This document shows, in pieces, positions 1 through 10,324 of a stretch of 64,000 nt of DNA. Below the pieces are notes generated by a model, which saw nothing but the letters and a program-made list of their open reading frames with translations, was not told where the DNA came from and searched no databases. Numbering within the stretch: the stretch's first letter is position 1; each line of letters begins with the position of its first letter. The position numbers and the translations under genes are program-made. Source of the DNA: an uncultured Methanoregulaceae archaeon. Its GTDB lineage: Archaea; Halobacteriota; Methanomicrobia; Methanomicrobiales; Methanospirillaceae. Location: assembly GCA_963717525.1 (NCBI GenBank), contig OY970343.1, positions 512,001-576,000 on the forward strand. Direction: 5' to 3'.

Positions 1-502
1 ACTCAATCGTGGCGTTGCGCATCTGGAATATCCCCAGCGGCGTTGCCGAGAGGATCGCGGTCAGCTGGTCGTTCTGCAGTTTAACATCGCGCTCCGATTT
101 TTTGCGCAGTGCTGCCTGCTTGATGAGCGTGACGAGATCTGCCGCCGGCGAACGCAGGTCCGCGGTGCGGGGGAGGATAATCTCCGTGCCATTGCTGACC
201 TCCTCGAATGCCACCCGGCTCTCACCCTTCCGGTGGAAGATGATGACCGGCGTGGGGTTTCCCATGGAACGGAGATAGCGCAAAAATCCGATGCCGTCCA
301 TATCGGAGACAAACTCTATCCCGTTGACCGGTGAAACATCCTCGTAACAGACGATAACGTCATAGGCCCGGCTCTTGAGCTTCTCGATCGCCTGCTTGGT
401 GGAGGCCACCGACTCCAGGCGCACCTCGCCGGTTTTTTCAAGGACCGGCCGGAACTGCGCAAGGAAATCGGTATTGTCATCGATAAACAGGACGGATATC
501 AT
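1..502 (-). CDS. Receiver-like domain plus start of a PAS domain signalling protein (partial, runs off the left edge)
   Basis: Manual translation from ATG at 502: MISVLFIDDNTDFL...YDVIVCYEDVSP...MDGIGFLRYLRS...ILSATPLGIFQMRN. Frame is open to the window edge; absent from the ORF track. Confidence 0.75.
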   Translation of the reverse strand, partial: MISVLFIDDNTDFLAQFRPVLEKTGEVRLESVASTKQAIEKLKSRAYDVIVCYEDVSPVNGIEFVSDMDGIGFLRYLRSMGNPTPVIIFHRKGESRVAFEEVSNGTEIILPRTADLRSPAADLVTLIKQAALRKKSERDVKLQNDQLTAILSATPLGIFQMRNATIE

Positions 503-663
503 CAGGCACTCGCGAACCGGGGTTTTCACCTGTGGTGTATACTTATGATCTGGATGGTGTTGAAATAAATAGTTGACTCTATGGCGGGGAAATTGCCGAT
601 TTGGCGCAATTTACGGCCGGAATACCCGTTGTCCCGAATCAGACGGCCCGGACTGGCAGGGAT

Positions 664-1191
664 CTATTCAGTTGAGTCACCAGTCTTCCCCTCGTCAACT
701 CCTTCCACCCCGGTGGAGCCTTCACCGGCACCGAAATCCCCGGTAACAAGCCAGAAACCGGTGACGAGAATGAGCGGGACACCGACAGGAACGGAAGATC
801 CGTGGCCGTTTGCAAGGGTTGGCCCGTACTCTACGATCATGGCGGCAAAAAAGAGCACGCCGCAGGTGACCGTGAGTATTCCCGCGGGCCGTACCAGGCA
901 GGTTGTGCGCCGTACGGCGGCAATGCCAAGAGCGATGACCGCGGCGACGAGAAGAACCGCCCCGGTGATCCAGAGGATGGTCGAGTACGCACTTGAACCC
1001 CGCAGGATACCGTCGGCCACATACATGAAATCCTTATGGATGAGGATCAGGCTGTTTCCAAGGTAACTCTGCTGGTACCGGAAAAGGGCCCACTGCACGC
1101 CGTGTGCGAGATCGTTGCCGATGACATAGATATTGAGCGGTACAAAAAAGAGCAGGCATTCGCAGATGAGCGGCAGGGTGAGACGGGTCAT
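664..1191 (-). CDS. Multi-pass membrane protein of unknown function
   Basis: ORF 664..1272 with about 4 hydrophobic segments; start placed at MTRLTLP so it does not overlap the upstream gene. Confidence 0.65.
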   Translation of the reverse strand: MTRLTLPLICECLLFFVPLNIYVIGNDLAHGVQWALFRYQQSYLGNSLILIHKDFMYVADGILRGSSAYSTILWITGAVLLVAAVIALGIAAVRRTTCLVRPAGILTVTCGVLFFAAMIVEYGPTLANGHGSSVPVGVPLILVTGFWLVTGDFGAGEGSTGVEGVDEGKTGDSTE

Positions 1192-1243
1192 GAGAGGAAA
1201 AACAGATGGTTGTGAAAGATCCCGGGGGATAAGGAAGGACCGG

Positions 1244-1588
1244 TCACTGGTTACTGCTCCCGACAATGGCAAGCTGGTACATCCAGTCCATTAAGGGGTG
1301 GCATTCGTTCACGACGCATTCAAGGTCGCACGCGATGCAGGGGATCAGTTCGTCGCCGGCGAGCAGGTTCTCGGGACAGACCGGCTGCCGTTTTGCCTTG
1401 AGGAGATAGGTCTTGATCCCGTCTTTTTTGAAATCAGTACGGTCGATAAGCCCGTTCTCTTCAAGTTTTTTGACGATCCTCGAACATTTCCGGCTGTCAA
1501 CACCGAGTTCTTTCCAGAGCTCGCTCTGGAGGATGCCCTCGGGGCGTGACTGGATCAGGGTGAATGCTTCGTCTTCAGGTTCCGGCAT
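1244..1588 (-). CDS. Winged-helix protein with C-terminal Cys cluster (RPC34/TFE-beta-like)
   Basis: N-terminal wHTH (GILQSELWKELGVDSRKCSRIVKKLEENGLI) plus PCxxC-x3-C-x4-C-xx-L-x-DW tail. Confidence 0.7.
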   Translation of the reverse strand: MPEPEDEAFTLIQSRPEGILQSELWKELGVDSRKCSRIVKKLEENGLIDRTDFKKDGIKTYLLKAKRQPVCPENLLAGDELIPCIACDLECVVNECHPLMDWMYQLAIVGSSNQ

Positions 1589-1611
1589 CGCTGGTTCTTC
1601 TCCTTTTACCC

Positions 1612-1848
1612 TCAGAAGACCGGGGCAATGGTAAGAATATTATTGCCCCGGATGACGACCGTGCCCAGACTTCGCCCGCGCTCGTTGTTGACGAACTCGA
1701 TCGTCTCGTCCATATGGATATTGAGATACTCGTCTACTGCTACAAGCCGGCCCTGCAGCTTGCGCCCCTCATCCTTGATCTCGACCATGATCTTAGAATC
1801 TACGAGGGCAAACACTTTCTTTATTGGCAAAACAATTCCGTTAACCAT
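1612..1848 (-). CDS. Sm-like (Lsm) RNA-binding protein
   Basis: Sm1 motif GRLVAVDEYLNI and Sm2 motif GTVVIRGNNI; start at MVNGIVLP. Confidence 0.9.
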   Translation of the reverse strand: MVNGIVLPIKKVFALVDSKIMVEIKDEGRKLQGRLVAVDEYLNIHMDETIEFVNNERGRSLGTVVIRGNNILTIAPVF

Positions 1849-1976
1849 CTGTCCTGATTTGGGTCGTAAGATAATTAAAGTTTGCGAGTGGATAAAAAAG
1901 GAGTATCTCCCGTCTTCGCGGCGGGATTTTATCGCATGTCCCCCCGGTTTCTCGCTGTTTCCGTGAACCTGAACCA

Positions 1977-3077
1977 TCACTCACCGAGGGGTTCCCAGCG
2001 CAGTTCCAAGGCTTTTTCGACGGCAGGAAGGGTGGTGTACTCCATCTCCTCACGCGAGAGCCGGTGGGGTTCGAACGGACCCTGCGCACGTATCGTGTCC
2101 GCAAGCTTCGTTGCACCGCGCCCTCACCCGGTCGAAACCCGGGATCGTCGAACATGTCGGCAGGACCGATCAGGGTGCCATTAGTGACCTGGAACCCAAG
2201 GCAGATGACCCGGGGAGGGCCGTCGAACCGGGTGCAATTGGCATCACAGAGCCCGACCGGCATGAAGGGCCCGTGGTGGGACCCGCGCATCCAGCCTGCG
2301 ACGAGCACCGGGATGGTAAACGGCTCTATTGCCTCACCCATCGACGGAAAACCATCCTGGGCCCGGACGATCATGACCGGATCATCCTCTCCCATGACCT
2401 GGCCAGTCTCCTTGTTCAGGCGCCGGGTGCTTGTCGAGGCAGCGATGGTCCCGTCCTTTTTGAACACGTGCCTGATGATGTACCGTGACGGGGCCCCGAC
2501 ACAGGCAAGCAGGTTGTAACTCTCCTCCGGGCAGGCAAAGCTGCATCTTTCGTTTCCCGACGAGATCGTGCACCTCGAAGACGAAACCCTCATGCAGGGA
2601 CGGGTCGATGACGAGGCCGGGGGTATTAAAGGGATCGGCAAAGATTTTGTACAGATAGAAGTTCCATGCGCCGGGCCCTGCCTTGTCTGCCATGTAGATA
2701 AGGACAGGATCAGATTCCCTCTCCTCGAATTCCATCTCCGCGACACCCGGCCCCATGCCCCGGACATTCCCCGCGAACGCACCGGCAGGCATATCCTGAC
2801 CGGCTTCGTAGAGTTTGAGGCTTTTTGCAACCTTTGTGCATTCCATAAACACGTTCCCTGCAAGCCGGTGGATCTCTTCGTTGTAGATTCCCCGGGTATG
2901 CATCATAATCAGTTCGAGGCTGTCGCCGCAGTGGGTGACAAAGGAATCGGTAAGCAGCTTGCCCCTCTCGGATTTGAGCATCTGCGCCGCAGTTTCGAGC
3001 AGCTTGGGGTGGGTGCGGGAATGGCCGGGAAAACTTCCCACATCCGCGTTAATGACGGAGATCGTGGTTCTTGGCAT
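1977..3077 (-). CDS. Fructose-1,6-bisphosphate aldolase/phosphatase (type V FBPase) homologue, frameshifted and with catalytic substitutions
   Basis: ADVG..GH, GNVRGMGPGVAEMEFEER, ADPFNTPGLVIDP and GWMRGSHHGP motifs are spread over ORFs 2382..3077, 1841..2863 and a third frame ending EMEYTTLPAVEKALELRWEPLGE*. Confidence 0.85.
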
Positions 3078-3157
3078 ACATGTTCACACTATTGAGATCG
3101 CACGAGGATCCTAAAAATGATTGGGGGTGAGGAGGCAGGGGTTTGCACAGCAGGAGA

Positions 3158-4297
3158 TCAGTTCAGGGACTTCCTGATGGCCGACGCGGTGCCGTATGAG
3201 CCAAAAGCCCTGAAAAAGACCAGGCTTTCGGCATAGGCCATCGCCTGCATGGCCGTGCTGGTCTCTTCATCGACAGCATAAATCTCTTTGTAAAACACCT
3301 TTATGGCGTTCTTGCAATTGCCGTCGAAGATCTGGCTGTCTTTCTTGCCGGGGTTTGCAGGACGGTATTTTTCAAGGGTCCAGTCCACGATGTTCTTGTA
3401 GAGAGAAGGCTCGTAAATTTTCAGGATCCCGAACGCCACATCCTGCCAGAAGGTCCCGACATTTCCTTTGATGATGTCGCCCTTGGGGAAGTGCAGGTTG
3501 ATGAGATCCCGCGGGGTACCGGTGATGCCGTGCTGGGCGATGCCGACAGGGAGGTGGTTGTCCCGCAACGCCTGGGCGATCTCCTTTGTACGGTTGATGT
3601 CTATCGAGAGCTGTTCGACCACGTTCCCGTTTGCATCGTACGCGTGTCCGTGAGAGCTGCCATTTGCGATAGCGATCACATGAGGGTAAACATCATTTTC
3701 GTTGAGGGCTTTTATGAACCCGACGGCTTCCTCAGGGCGGGTCAGGATCAGCCCCCCGGTGTCTTTCCTGCCGATCTCTCCCACCTCCACTTCGAGGCCG
3801 AACTCCTTTCCGTTCATCTTCTGCCGGATGTAGCGGGCAAGGTCAGAGGTGATTGCAATATTCTCTGCGAGCTCCTCCCGGACATTCTTTCCCTGGAAGT
3901 TGAAAAGGTGCGAGGCATCGATGGCAAACGAGGTGTACCCGGCTTTGACCTGCGCATCGATCAGCTCCTTTGTTCCCTCTATCTCGGCAGCGTCGCCTTT
4001 CTTGATGGAGATATGATCGGCGTGCAGCGCCCAGATGTCACAACCCACGGCTGCTGCTGCCGCGTGCATCTTCTCCGAGAAGACCTGCGGGGTCATGCCG
4101 GTGTACCCGCCGGAAAGATCGGATTCGGACCGTGCGAGTTCCATGAAGACCGCAGAGTCGGTGTCTTTTGCCGCCTTAAAAATTCCCTCGGCGACGGTGG
4201 CGATACGTACGTTTGCTGCCATAACGATGGCTTTCCGGCCGGTAATTCCTGTCAGGATAGTCGAGCCGGGGATCGGACCAAAGGTGCGTGCGTTCAT
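3158..4297 (-). CDS. fba: Class II fructose-bisphosphate aldolase
   Basis: ALHADH, AIDASH, EVEVGEIG, ANGSSHG and AQHG motifs; alternative start at 4333. Confidence 0.85.
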   Translation of the reverse strand: MNARTFGPIPGSTILTGITGRKAIVMAANVRIATVAEGIFKAAKDTDSAVFMELARSESDLSGGYTGMTPQVFSEKMHAAAAAVGCDIWALHADHISIKKGDAAEIEGTKELIDAQVKAGYTSFAIDASHLFNFQGKNVREELAENIAITSDLARYIRQKMNGKEFGLEVEVGEIGRKDTGGLILTRPEEAVGFIKALNENDVYPHVIAIANGSSHGHAYDANGNVVEQLSIDINRTKEIAQALRDNHLPVGIAQHGITGTPRDLINLHFPKGDIIKGNVGTFWQDVAFGILKIYEPSLYKNIVDWTLEKYRPANPGKKDSQIFDGNCKNAIKVFYKEIYAVDEETSTAMQAMAYAESLVFFRAFGSYGTASAIRKSLN

Positions 4298-4314
4298 ACT
4301 GGTGCTCCCTGTAC

Positions 4315-5217
4315 TTATCCTTCCTTCATACATGTTTCAATCTTTGCGATCTCTTTTTTGCCGCCGATATAGATGGGGGTGACCTGGCCAATTGTTTTCG
4401 GCGTGATCCCCCGGTAATCTTTATGCCCGTCGCTCACTGCCCCGCCGGCCTCGCAGATGATCAGCCCCATAGGGTTTGCCTCGTACAGGAGGCGGAGTTT
4501 TCCGGACTCCTTTCCCTTGTAGCCGGGGTAGGTAAAGACCCCTCCCTTGTGGAGGATCTGGTGGACGTCGGCGACAAAACAGCCGGAAAACCTGAGCTTG
4601 TAGCCATCGCTTTCGAGGCATTCGATCCACCGTGCATGGGGGGCAAGGTAGTCCCTGCGCAGCGCGCCGGGAGAGTGGATCTTCCCCTCGGGGATCCGCA
4701 GGTCATGGTGGCGCAGTACAAATTCCCCGTCCTCGCGCTGGACAAATTCGTGGACGCCATGTTTTGTGGTGAAGGTGAGGAGCGTCAGGGGCCCGTACAG
4801 GATATAAAGGGCGGCAATCATGCCGGTGCCTTTCTCAAGGACATGGCCGGGGTAGATGCCGATGATGGAGCCGACGCAGAGGTTGACATCAAGAAGTGAA
4901 GAGCCATCGAGCGGGTCGATGACAACACCGAACTGGTTCTTTGCGCCGCTGACCTCGATCACCTGGTCCTGCTCTTCGGTTGCGATATACCGGACAAGCC
5001 GCGATTCTTTGAGCGCGTGAATGAATACATCATCGGCATACTTGTCAAGGGGCTTCTGGTCTTCCCCGAACATGTTCCGGGTGCCGCAGGCTGCTGTATT
5101 CATGCAGGTCGAGAGGAAGCCCTTTTTTACCTCTCCGGCCTGTTCGCTCAGGAAGAGAATGAGCCCGGCGAGGTTCTTCTCCGTCCCCTCTTTAACGAGA
5201 AAATCCTTGAGAATCAT
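4315..5217 (-). CDS. fbp: Class I fructose-1,6-bisphosphatase
   Basis: [18 protein letters not shown] and [11 protein letters not shown] signatures; start at MILKDFL. Confidence 0.92.
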   Translation of the reverse strand: MILKDFLVKEGTEKNLAGLILFLSEQAGEVKKGFLSTCMNTAACGTRNMFGEDQKPLDKYADDVFIHALKESRLVRYIATEEQDQVIEVSGAKNQFGVVIDPLDGSSLLDVNLCVGSIIGIYPGHVLEKGTGMIAALYILYGPLTLLTFTTKHGVHEFVQREDGEFVLRHHDLRIPEGKIHSPGALRRDYLAPHARWIECLESDGYKLRFSGCFVADVHQILHKGGVFTYPGYKGKESGKLRLLYEANPMGLIICEAGGAVSDGHKDYRGITPKTIGQVTPIYIGGKKEIAKIETCMKEG

Positions 5218-5621
5218 AGTGTGACTCCTGACACGGCCGCAAACGATTCCTCTCTGGCGGAGCATGGGATTGTCGCAGGCACTGGATTCGTAGTTAGTCC
5301 TTTGATCCCGATCTTTATCAGGATTGTTGATCGGCGAACTTAACCAGTTCTCTGGATTGCACGGCAAGAATGGATCGTTCGCAGCCGGGGCCGGCTGTCA
5401 TGTCGTTGTCATTAAAAAAGGGATAGTCCCGGAAGACTCTCAAAATAGGGATCAGGATTCCGGTTTCAACGGTGTCTCCGCAGGAAGCCAGGCCAATATC
5501 CCGTTACTCCCCTCACAAGGTCCGGATGCGGCGCTCATGACCGGGGGCCTCCTTTGTTTTTAATTACCGGCTTTCTTGTCCCGTGCTACTGTGAGTTTCT
5601 TTATCGCGTCGGTTCCCGGGA

Positions 5622-8213
5622 TCAGGAATTCGTAAATACCAGCTTTCCTTCTTTCTCATCAACCACGATCACCTTGTCTTTGTTTACTGTTCCTTCCAGG
5701 ATCATTTTTGATAACTCATTCAGCAGGTTTTTCTGGATCACCCGTTTGATCGGCCGTGCACCGAATTGCGGGTCAAAGCCCTGGGTGGCGATGAACTGGA
5801 TGGCTTTCTTTGTGGCCCTGAGCCGGATATCGCTCTTCCCGAGCATTTTCTGGACGTTTTCCAGCTGGAGCTCGACAACCTTCTGAATCTCCTCCTTCGT
5901 GAGAGGTTTGAACATGATGATCTCATCAATCCGGTTGAGGAATTCGGGACGGATGGTCTTCTTGAGCAGGTCGAACACCTGTTCCCGGGTGCGGTCGAAC
6001 ACCTCGTCACGGTTTTTGTCGGTGACATGCTCCAGGTTTTCCTGGATAATGGGTGACCCGATGTTCGAGGTCATGATGATGATGGTATTCTTGAAATCCA
6101 CCGTACGGCCCTTGTTGTCGGTCAGGCGGCCGTCGTCAAGAACCTGCAGCAGGATATTGAATACATCCGGGTGGGCTTTCTCGATCTCATCCAACAGAAC
6201 CACGGAATAGGGCTTTCTCCGGACCGCTTCTGTCAGCTGCCCGCTCTCTTCGTACCCCACATACCCCGGAGGTGCGCCGATCAGCCTTGAAACAGTATGC
6301 CGTTCCTGGTATTCCGACATGTCAATACGCACCATGCTGTTCTCGTTGTTGAACAGGAATTCTGCCAGGGCTTTTGCCAGCTCGGTCTTTCCTACACCCG
6401 TCGTCCCCAGGAAGATGAAAGAACCGATCGGGCGTTTTGGGTCCTGCAACCCGGCACGGTTCCGGCGGATTGCATCGGAGACTGCCCCGATGGCTTCATC
6501 CTGGCCTACGACACGCTTGTGGAGTTCGGCCTCAAGGCTGAGCAGTTTCTCCCGCTCGCTCTGCAGCATCCTGCTCACGGGAATGCCGGTCCAGCGCGCA
6601 ACCACTTCGGCAATCTGCTCTGCATCTACCTCCTCTTTTACCATCGGGGAATCCTTCTGCAGCGCGGTCAGTTTTTCCTTGAGGCCCTCAATGGTCTTCC
6701 CGGTCTCCGGGATACGACCATAGCGGATCTCTGCCACCCTGCCGAGGTCCCCGCTCCGTTCGGCACCTTCGGCCTCGAATTTCAGGTTCTCGATCTCGTT
6801 TTTACGCGACTGGATCTGGTCTGCAAGATCTTTTTCCGATTGCCACTTTGCTTCCAGCCGGTTTCGCTCCTCGGTCAGGTTCCCAATCTCAACATTCAGG
6901 GTCTTGAGTTTTTTCTCATCCTTCTCACGTTTGAAGGCTTCCATCTCAATTTTCAGCTGCTGGATCCTGCGTTCAATCGTTTCCAGTTCTTCCGGTTTCG
7001 AGTTTCTCTCGAGGCGGAGCTTCGCGGCAGCCTCATCGATCAGATCGATAGCCTTGTCGGGAAGGAAGCGGTCGGAGATATAGCGCTGCGAAAGTTCAAC
7101 GGCAGCAATGATAGCCTCATCTTTGATTTGCACATTATGATGGGTTTCGTATTTTCCTTTGATCCCGCGAAGGATTGAGATGGCATCCACCGTATCCGGC
7201 TCATTGACCATCACCGGCTGGAAACGCCGCTCAAGCGCTTTGTCCTTCTCGAAATATTTCTGGTATTCTTTTAAGGTTGTTGCGCCAATGACATGCAATT
7301 CTCCCCGTGAAAGCGCGGGTTTCAGGATGTTCGCCGCGTCCATGGCGCCTTCGCTCGCGCCGGCCCCGACCAGGGTATGGATCTCGTCGATGAAGAGGAT
7401 GATCTCCCCTTCGGCGGATATCACTTCCTTGACGACACTTTTCAGCCTTTCTTCAAATTCTCCCTTGTACTTGGCCCCGGCGATTAGGGCTCCCATATCG
7501 AGGGCATAGATCTGCTTGGTCTTCAGGTTATCCGGTACATCCCCGTCGATGATCCGGTGGGCGAGACCTTCGGCAATGGCGGTTTTTCCCACACCCGGTT
7601 CCCCGATAAGGATCGGGTTGTTCTTCGTTCGCCTCGAAAGGATCTGCAGCACCCTGCGGATCTCTTCGTCACGACCGATAACCGGATCGAGTTTTCCCTT
7701 ACGGGCCAGATCATTCAGGTTCCGGGCATATTTTTCCAGGGAGTTATAGGTCTCTTCCGCGGTCGGGCTGTTCACGGTCGAACCTTTCCGCAGCTGGCTG
7801 ATGGCAGTTCTCAGGTCTTTCTCTGTTACCCCGTTCTCCTTCAGCAGCCGCGAGGTGCTGTCGTTTACTAAAAGAATTCCCAGAAGAAGATGTTCGATGG
7901 AGACGAATTCGTCCCTGAATTCCTGGGAAAGCGCGGTAGCTTTATCTAAGGCTTTTGTGGCATCCTTTGAAAGGTGTTGCTCCCCGCCACTGACGTTGGG
8001 ATAAGCATCGATGATCCTGTCGAGTGCAGGGGTAAAACTATCGAGGTTCACATTCAGTTTTTTGAGGAGGTAAGGAATGACATCCTCGTCAACCAGAAGC
8101 ATACCTTTGAGTACATGCGAAGTCTCGATGGCCTGGTTCTGTTTTGCCGTTGCAATCTCCATTGCTTTCTGGACGGCTTCCTGTGATTTGATGGTGAATT
8201 TGTCGAAATTCAT
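5622..8213 (-). CDS. clpB: ATP-dependent disaggregase ClpB
   Basis: Two AAA+ modules ([16 protein letters not shown]), KYKGEFEER pore loop, coiled-coil M domain, GAPPGYVG and FGARP motifs. Confidence 0.96.
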   Translation of the reverse strand: MNFDKFTIKSQEAVQKAMEIATAKQNQAIETSHVLKGMLLVDEDVIPYLLKKLNVNLDSFTPALDRIIDAYPNVSGGEQHLSKDATKALDKATALSQEFRDEFVSIEHLLLGILLVNDSTSRLLKENGVTEKDLRTAISQLRKGSTVNSPTAEETYNSLEKYARNLNDLARKGKLDPVIGRDEEIRRVLQILSRRTKNNPILIGEPGVGKTAIAEGLAHRIIDGDVPDNLKTKQIYALDMGALIAGAKYKGEFEERLKSVVKEVISAEGEIILFIDEIHTLVGAGASEGAMDAANILKPALSRGELHVIGATTLKEYQKYFEKDKALERRFQPVMVNEPDTVDAISILRGIKGKYETHHNVQIKDEAIIAAVELSQRYISDRFLPDKAIDLIDEAAAKLRLERNSKPEELETIERRIQQLKIEMEAFKREKDEKKLKTLNVEIGNLTEERNRLEAKWQSEKDLADQIQSRKNEIENLKFEAEGAERSGDLGRVAEIRYGRIPETGKTIEGLKEKLTALQKDSPMVKEEVDAEQIAEVVARWTGIPVSRMLQSEREKLLSLEAELHKRVVGQDEAIGAVSDAIRRNRAGLQDPKRPIGSFIFLGTTGVGKTELAKALAEFLFNNENSMVRIDMSEYQERHTVSRLIGAPPGYVGYEESGQLTEAVRRKPYSVVLLDEIEKAHPDVFNILLQVLDDGRLTDNKGRTVDFKNTIIIMTSNIGSPIIQENLEHVTDKNRDEVFDRTREQVFDLLKKTIRPEFLNRIDEIIMFKPLTKEEIQKVVELQLENVQKMLGKSDIRLRATKKAIQFIATQGFDPQFGARPIKRVIQKNLLNELSKMILEGTVNKDKVIVVDEKEGKLVFTNS

Positions 8214-8407
8214 AACGTTTGTCACCCGTTCTTCATTATTCGTAATTTAGTATTGGCTGTTCATTATAGCGCTTCTTCCTGCCAGATAATGTGCCGGCCC
8301 GGCGTTTATCAGAAACAGAGGTTGTTACCCTGCGTCTTCGTTATCCAACGCTTCCTGCACGGTCAGGTTTACCCCTTTGTCATCGATTATAATCGTAATA
8401 CTCATGC

Positions 8408-8446
8408 GAATGATTTACCATAGGTTAGTATGATATAATATATAAA
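8408..8446 (-). promoter_or_regulatory. clpB promoter: TATA box plus palindromic putative heat-shock operator
   Basis: Minus strand TTTATATA-T-TATATCATACTAACCTATGGTAAATCATTC; near-identical copy upstream of grpE at 18908..18946. Confidence 0.7.
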
Positions 8447-8587
8447 TTATTGTGTTGTCGGTTCTGATAGGTTGGGGGTGGATCAACCGGTTCATCGGTT
8501 GGTGATAAGTCACAGTTGGTAATGCACTTATGGATCAGAACTTCAAAATTAGCAATGGATATATTTGCCAAAGAAAAGATTCACCAT

Positions 8588-9358
8588 ATGTATCAAAGAC
8601 ACCCCTCCTTCAATCCCCCAGAAGATGAAAACATAAAAATATGGAGATATCTTGATATCCCGAAATTTCTTTGGCTGTTAGAGAGAAAATCGCTATATTT
8701 TTCAAGGTCTGATTTACTTGGTGATTCTTTTGAAGGATCTTTACCATCCACACCGGGTCAATTTTTGGTTGATTCGTTATTAAAAAAACAAGCTTCGGAA
8801 TTGCTGAAGATTGATGAAAAAGATGTACCCCCTCCACCGTCATTTCTTGACATTTGGAGAAAAGTGTGTTATGTGTGCAGTTTCCATATGAACGAACACG
8901 AATCGGCAGCCTTGTGGTCAATTTATACTAAAGCAAAACAAGGAGTGGCAATTCAATCAACTTTCAAGAAATTGGTTGATTCTTTTAAGAGTTATTCTAT
9001 AAATCCCGTTTTTATTGGAACTGTGAAGTACATTGATTATCAATCTGAGATCATTCACGTAGAAGAAAATGCTTTTTTACCATTATTACATAAAAGAAAA
9101 AGTTTTGAATACGAAAGGGAAATTAGGGTGGTGATAACTCAGCCAAGTGCGATTTTTGTCGGGGCAACCCCTTATAAAGAATGTGAAAAACACGAGGGGT
9201 TAAATGTTCCAATAGATTTAGATTGTTTTATTGAACACATCTATCTTGCTCCCACCACTAAACCGTGGATTAAAGAATTGCTTACATCTATTATGGATAA
9301 AAACGGGATCAACAAACCTTTAGATCAATCAAGTCTCGATGCAAATCCTATAATATAA
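8588..9358 (+). CDS. DUF2971-like hypothetical protein, AT-rich
   Basis: IWRYLD..KF, D.FEG, YVCSF...ESAALWSIY, V.YIDY and KRKSFEYEREIR pattern; low GC relative to flanks; start uncertain (8516/8555/8588). Confidence 0.65.
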   Translation: MYQRHPSFNPPEDENIKIWRYLDIPKFLWLLERKSLYFSRSDLLGDSFEGSLPSTPGQFLVDSLLKKQASELLKIDEKDVPPPPSFLDIWRKVCYVCSFHMNEHESAALWSIYTKAKQGVAIQSTFKKLVDSFKSYSINPVFIGTVKYIDYQSEIIHVEENAFLPLLHKRKSFEYEREIRVVITQPSAIFVGATPYKECEKHEGLNVPIDLDCFIEHIYLAPTTKPWIKELLTSIMDKNGINKPLDQSSLDANPII

Positions 9359-9938
9359 GATTGCCAGGATTCTGGTGCGTTCTCGGCAGATCTAAACTTT
9401 AACACTCTGAAGAAAAGTGACAACCTGCCGAAGATTTGACAGAACCCTTTATTGTACTGTCTTGAGAATGACCTTCATCGATACTCCTATCAGTAATTGT
9501 CGGCATATAGGGCATACATGTCAGATTATGGCAAGGATCATATTTTCATTTGCCCGCACTGCGAACTCAAGTGGCGCACTACAGAAATCACTTCGAAACT
9601 GCATTGTAAGCAATGCAACCGCGATTTCCCGAACCCTTGGGCGGCAGCACCGGCCCTGAAAAAGTAGATCCACCAACACGTTCCTGATGAAACGATATCA
9701 TGACCTGGTCTCTGCCGGGGGAAATGCACGGTCCAGCCTAAAAAAAGATCTTTTTTTGCTCCTGCTCTGTCGGGGCTTCTCCATGTTCAGGGACATTGGA
9801 GAAAAGTTATCGCGTCCCGCCCAACTTGACAAAAACCCACTGCACCACCCCGGAGCGAGAGGCTTTACACCCCCTCTCAACATCCCGGAGGTAAAACGAT
9901 TTTGAATAAGAAAAAGAGGTGGTGATTTTGTCCCTCAC

Positions 9939-10085
9939 CTACCCGGATGTGTTCTCCGATGATCCTACCAGCTGCATCGGCTCGTTGTGGCAGATAATTT
10001 CCCCGCCGCCGGCTTCTTTTACTACGACAACATTTCCGCATATCGTGCACCGGTATATTTCACCGGATTTCTGGACGTTTACCAT
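9939..10085 (-). CDS. Desulforedoxin-like small metal-binding protein (48 aa)
   Basis: Manual translation MVNVQKSGEIYRCTICGNVVVVKEAGGGEIICHNEPMQLVGSSENTSG; GGGGG upstream; below the ORF-track size cutoff. Confidence 0.85.
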   Translation of the reverse strand: MVNVQKSGEIYRCTICGNVVVVKEAGGGEIICHNEPMQLVGSSENTSG

Positions 10086-10324
10086 TGTGATGCCCCCGTA
10101 TTTTCCGTGCTTTAAAGGCTCTTTTAGTCCCTTTACACGATAAAAGAACCGTTATAGGTTTCGTTCATTTTCAAAATTTGCAAATTCCCTCCATCCCAAA
10201 AATTTCTCTTCATGAAACAAGCGAGCACGGGAACGGTAACAAAACACAGAGACGGCACGGGGAGAATCAGACGCCGGAAGGGGGTGTCGAAACTTTTTTA
10301 GCGGTCAGGTGGCAACTACTCGCA

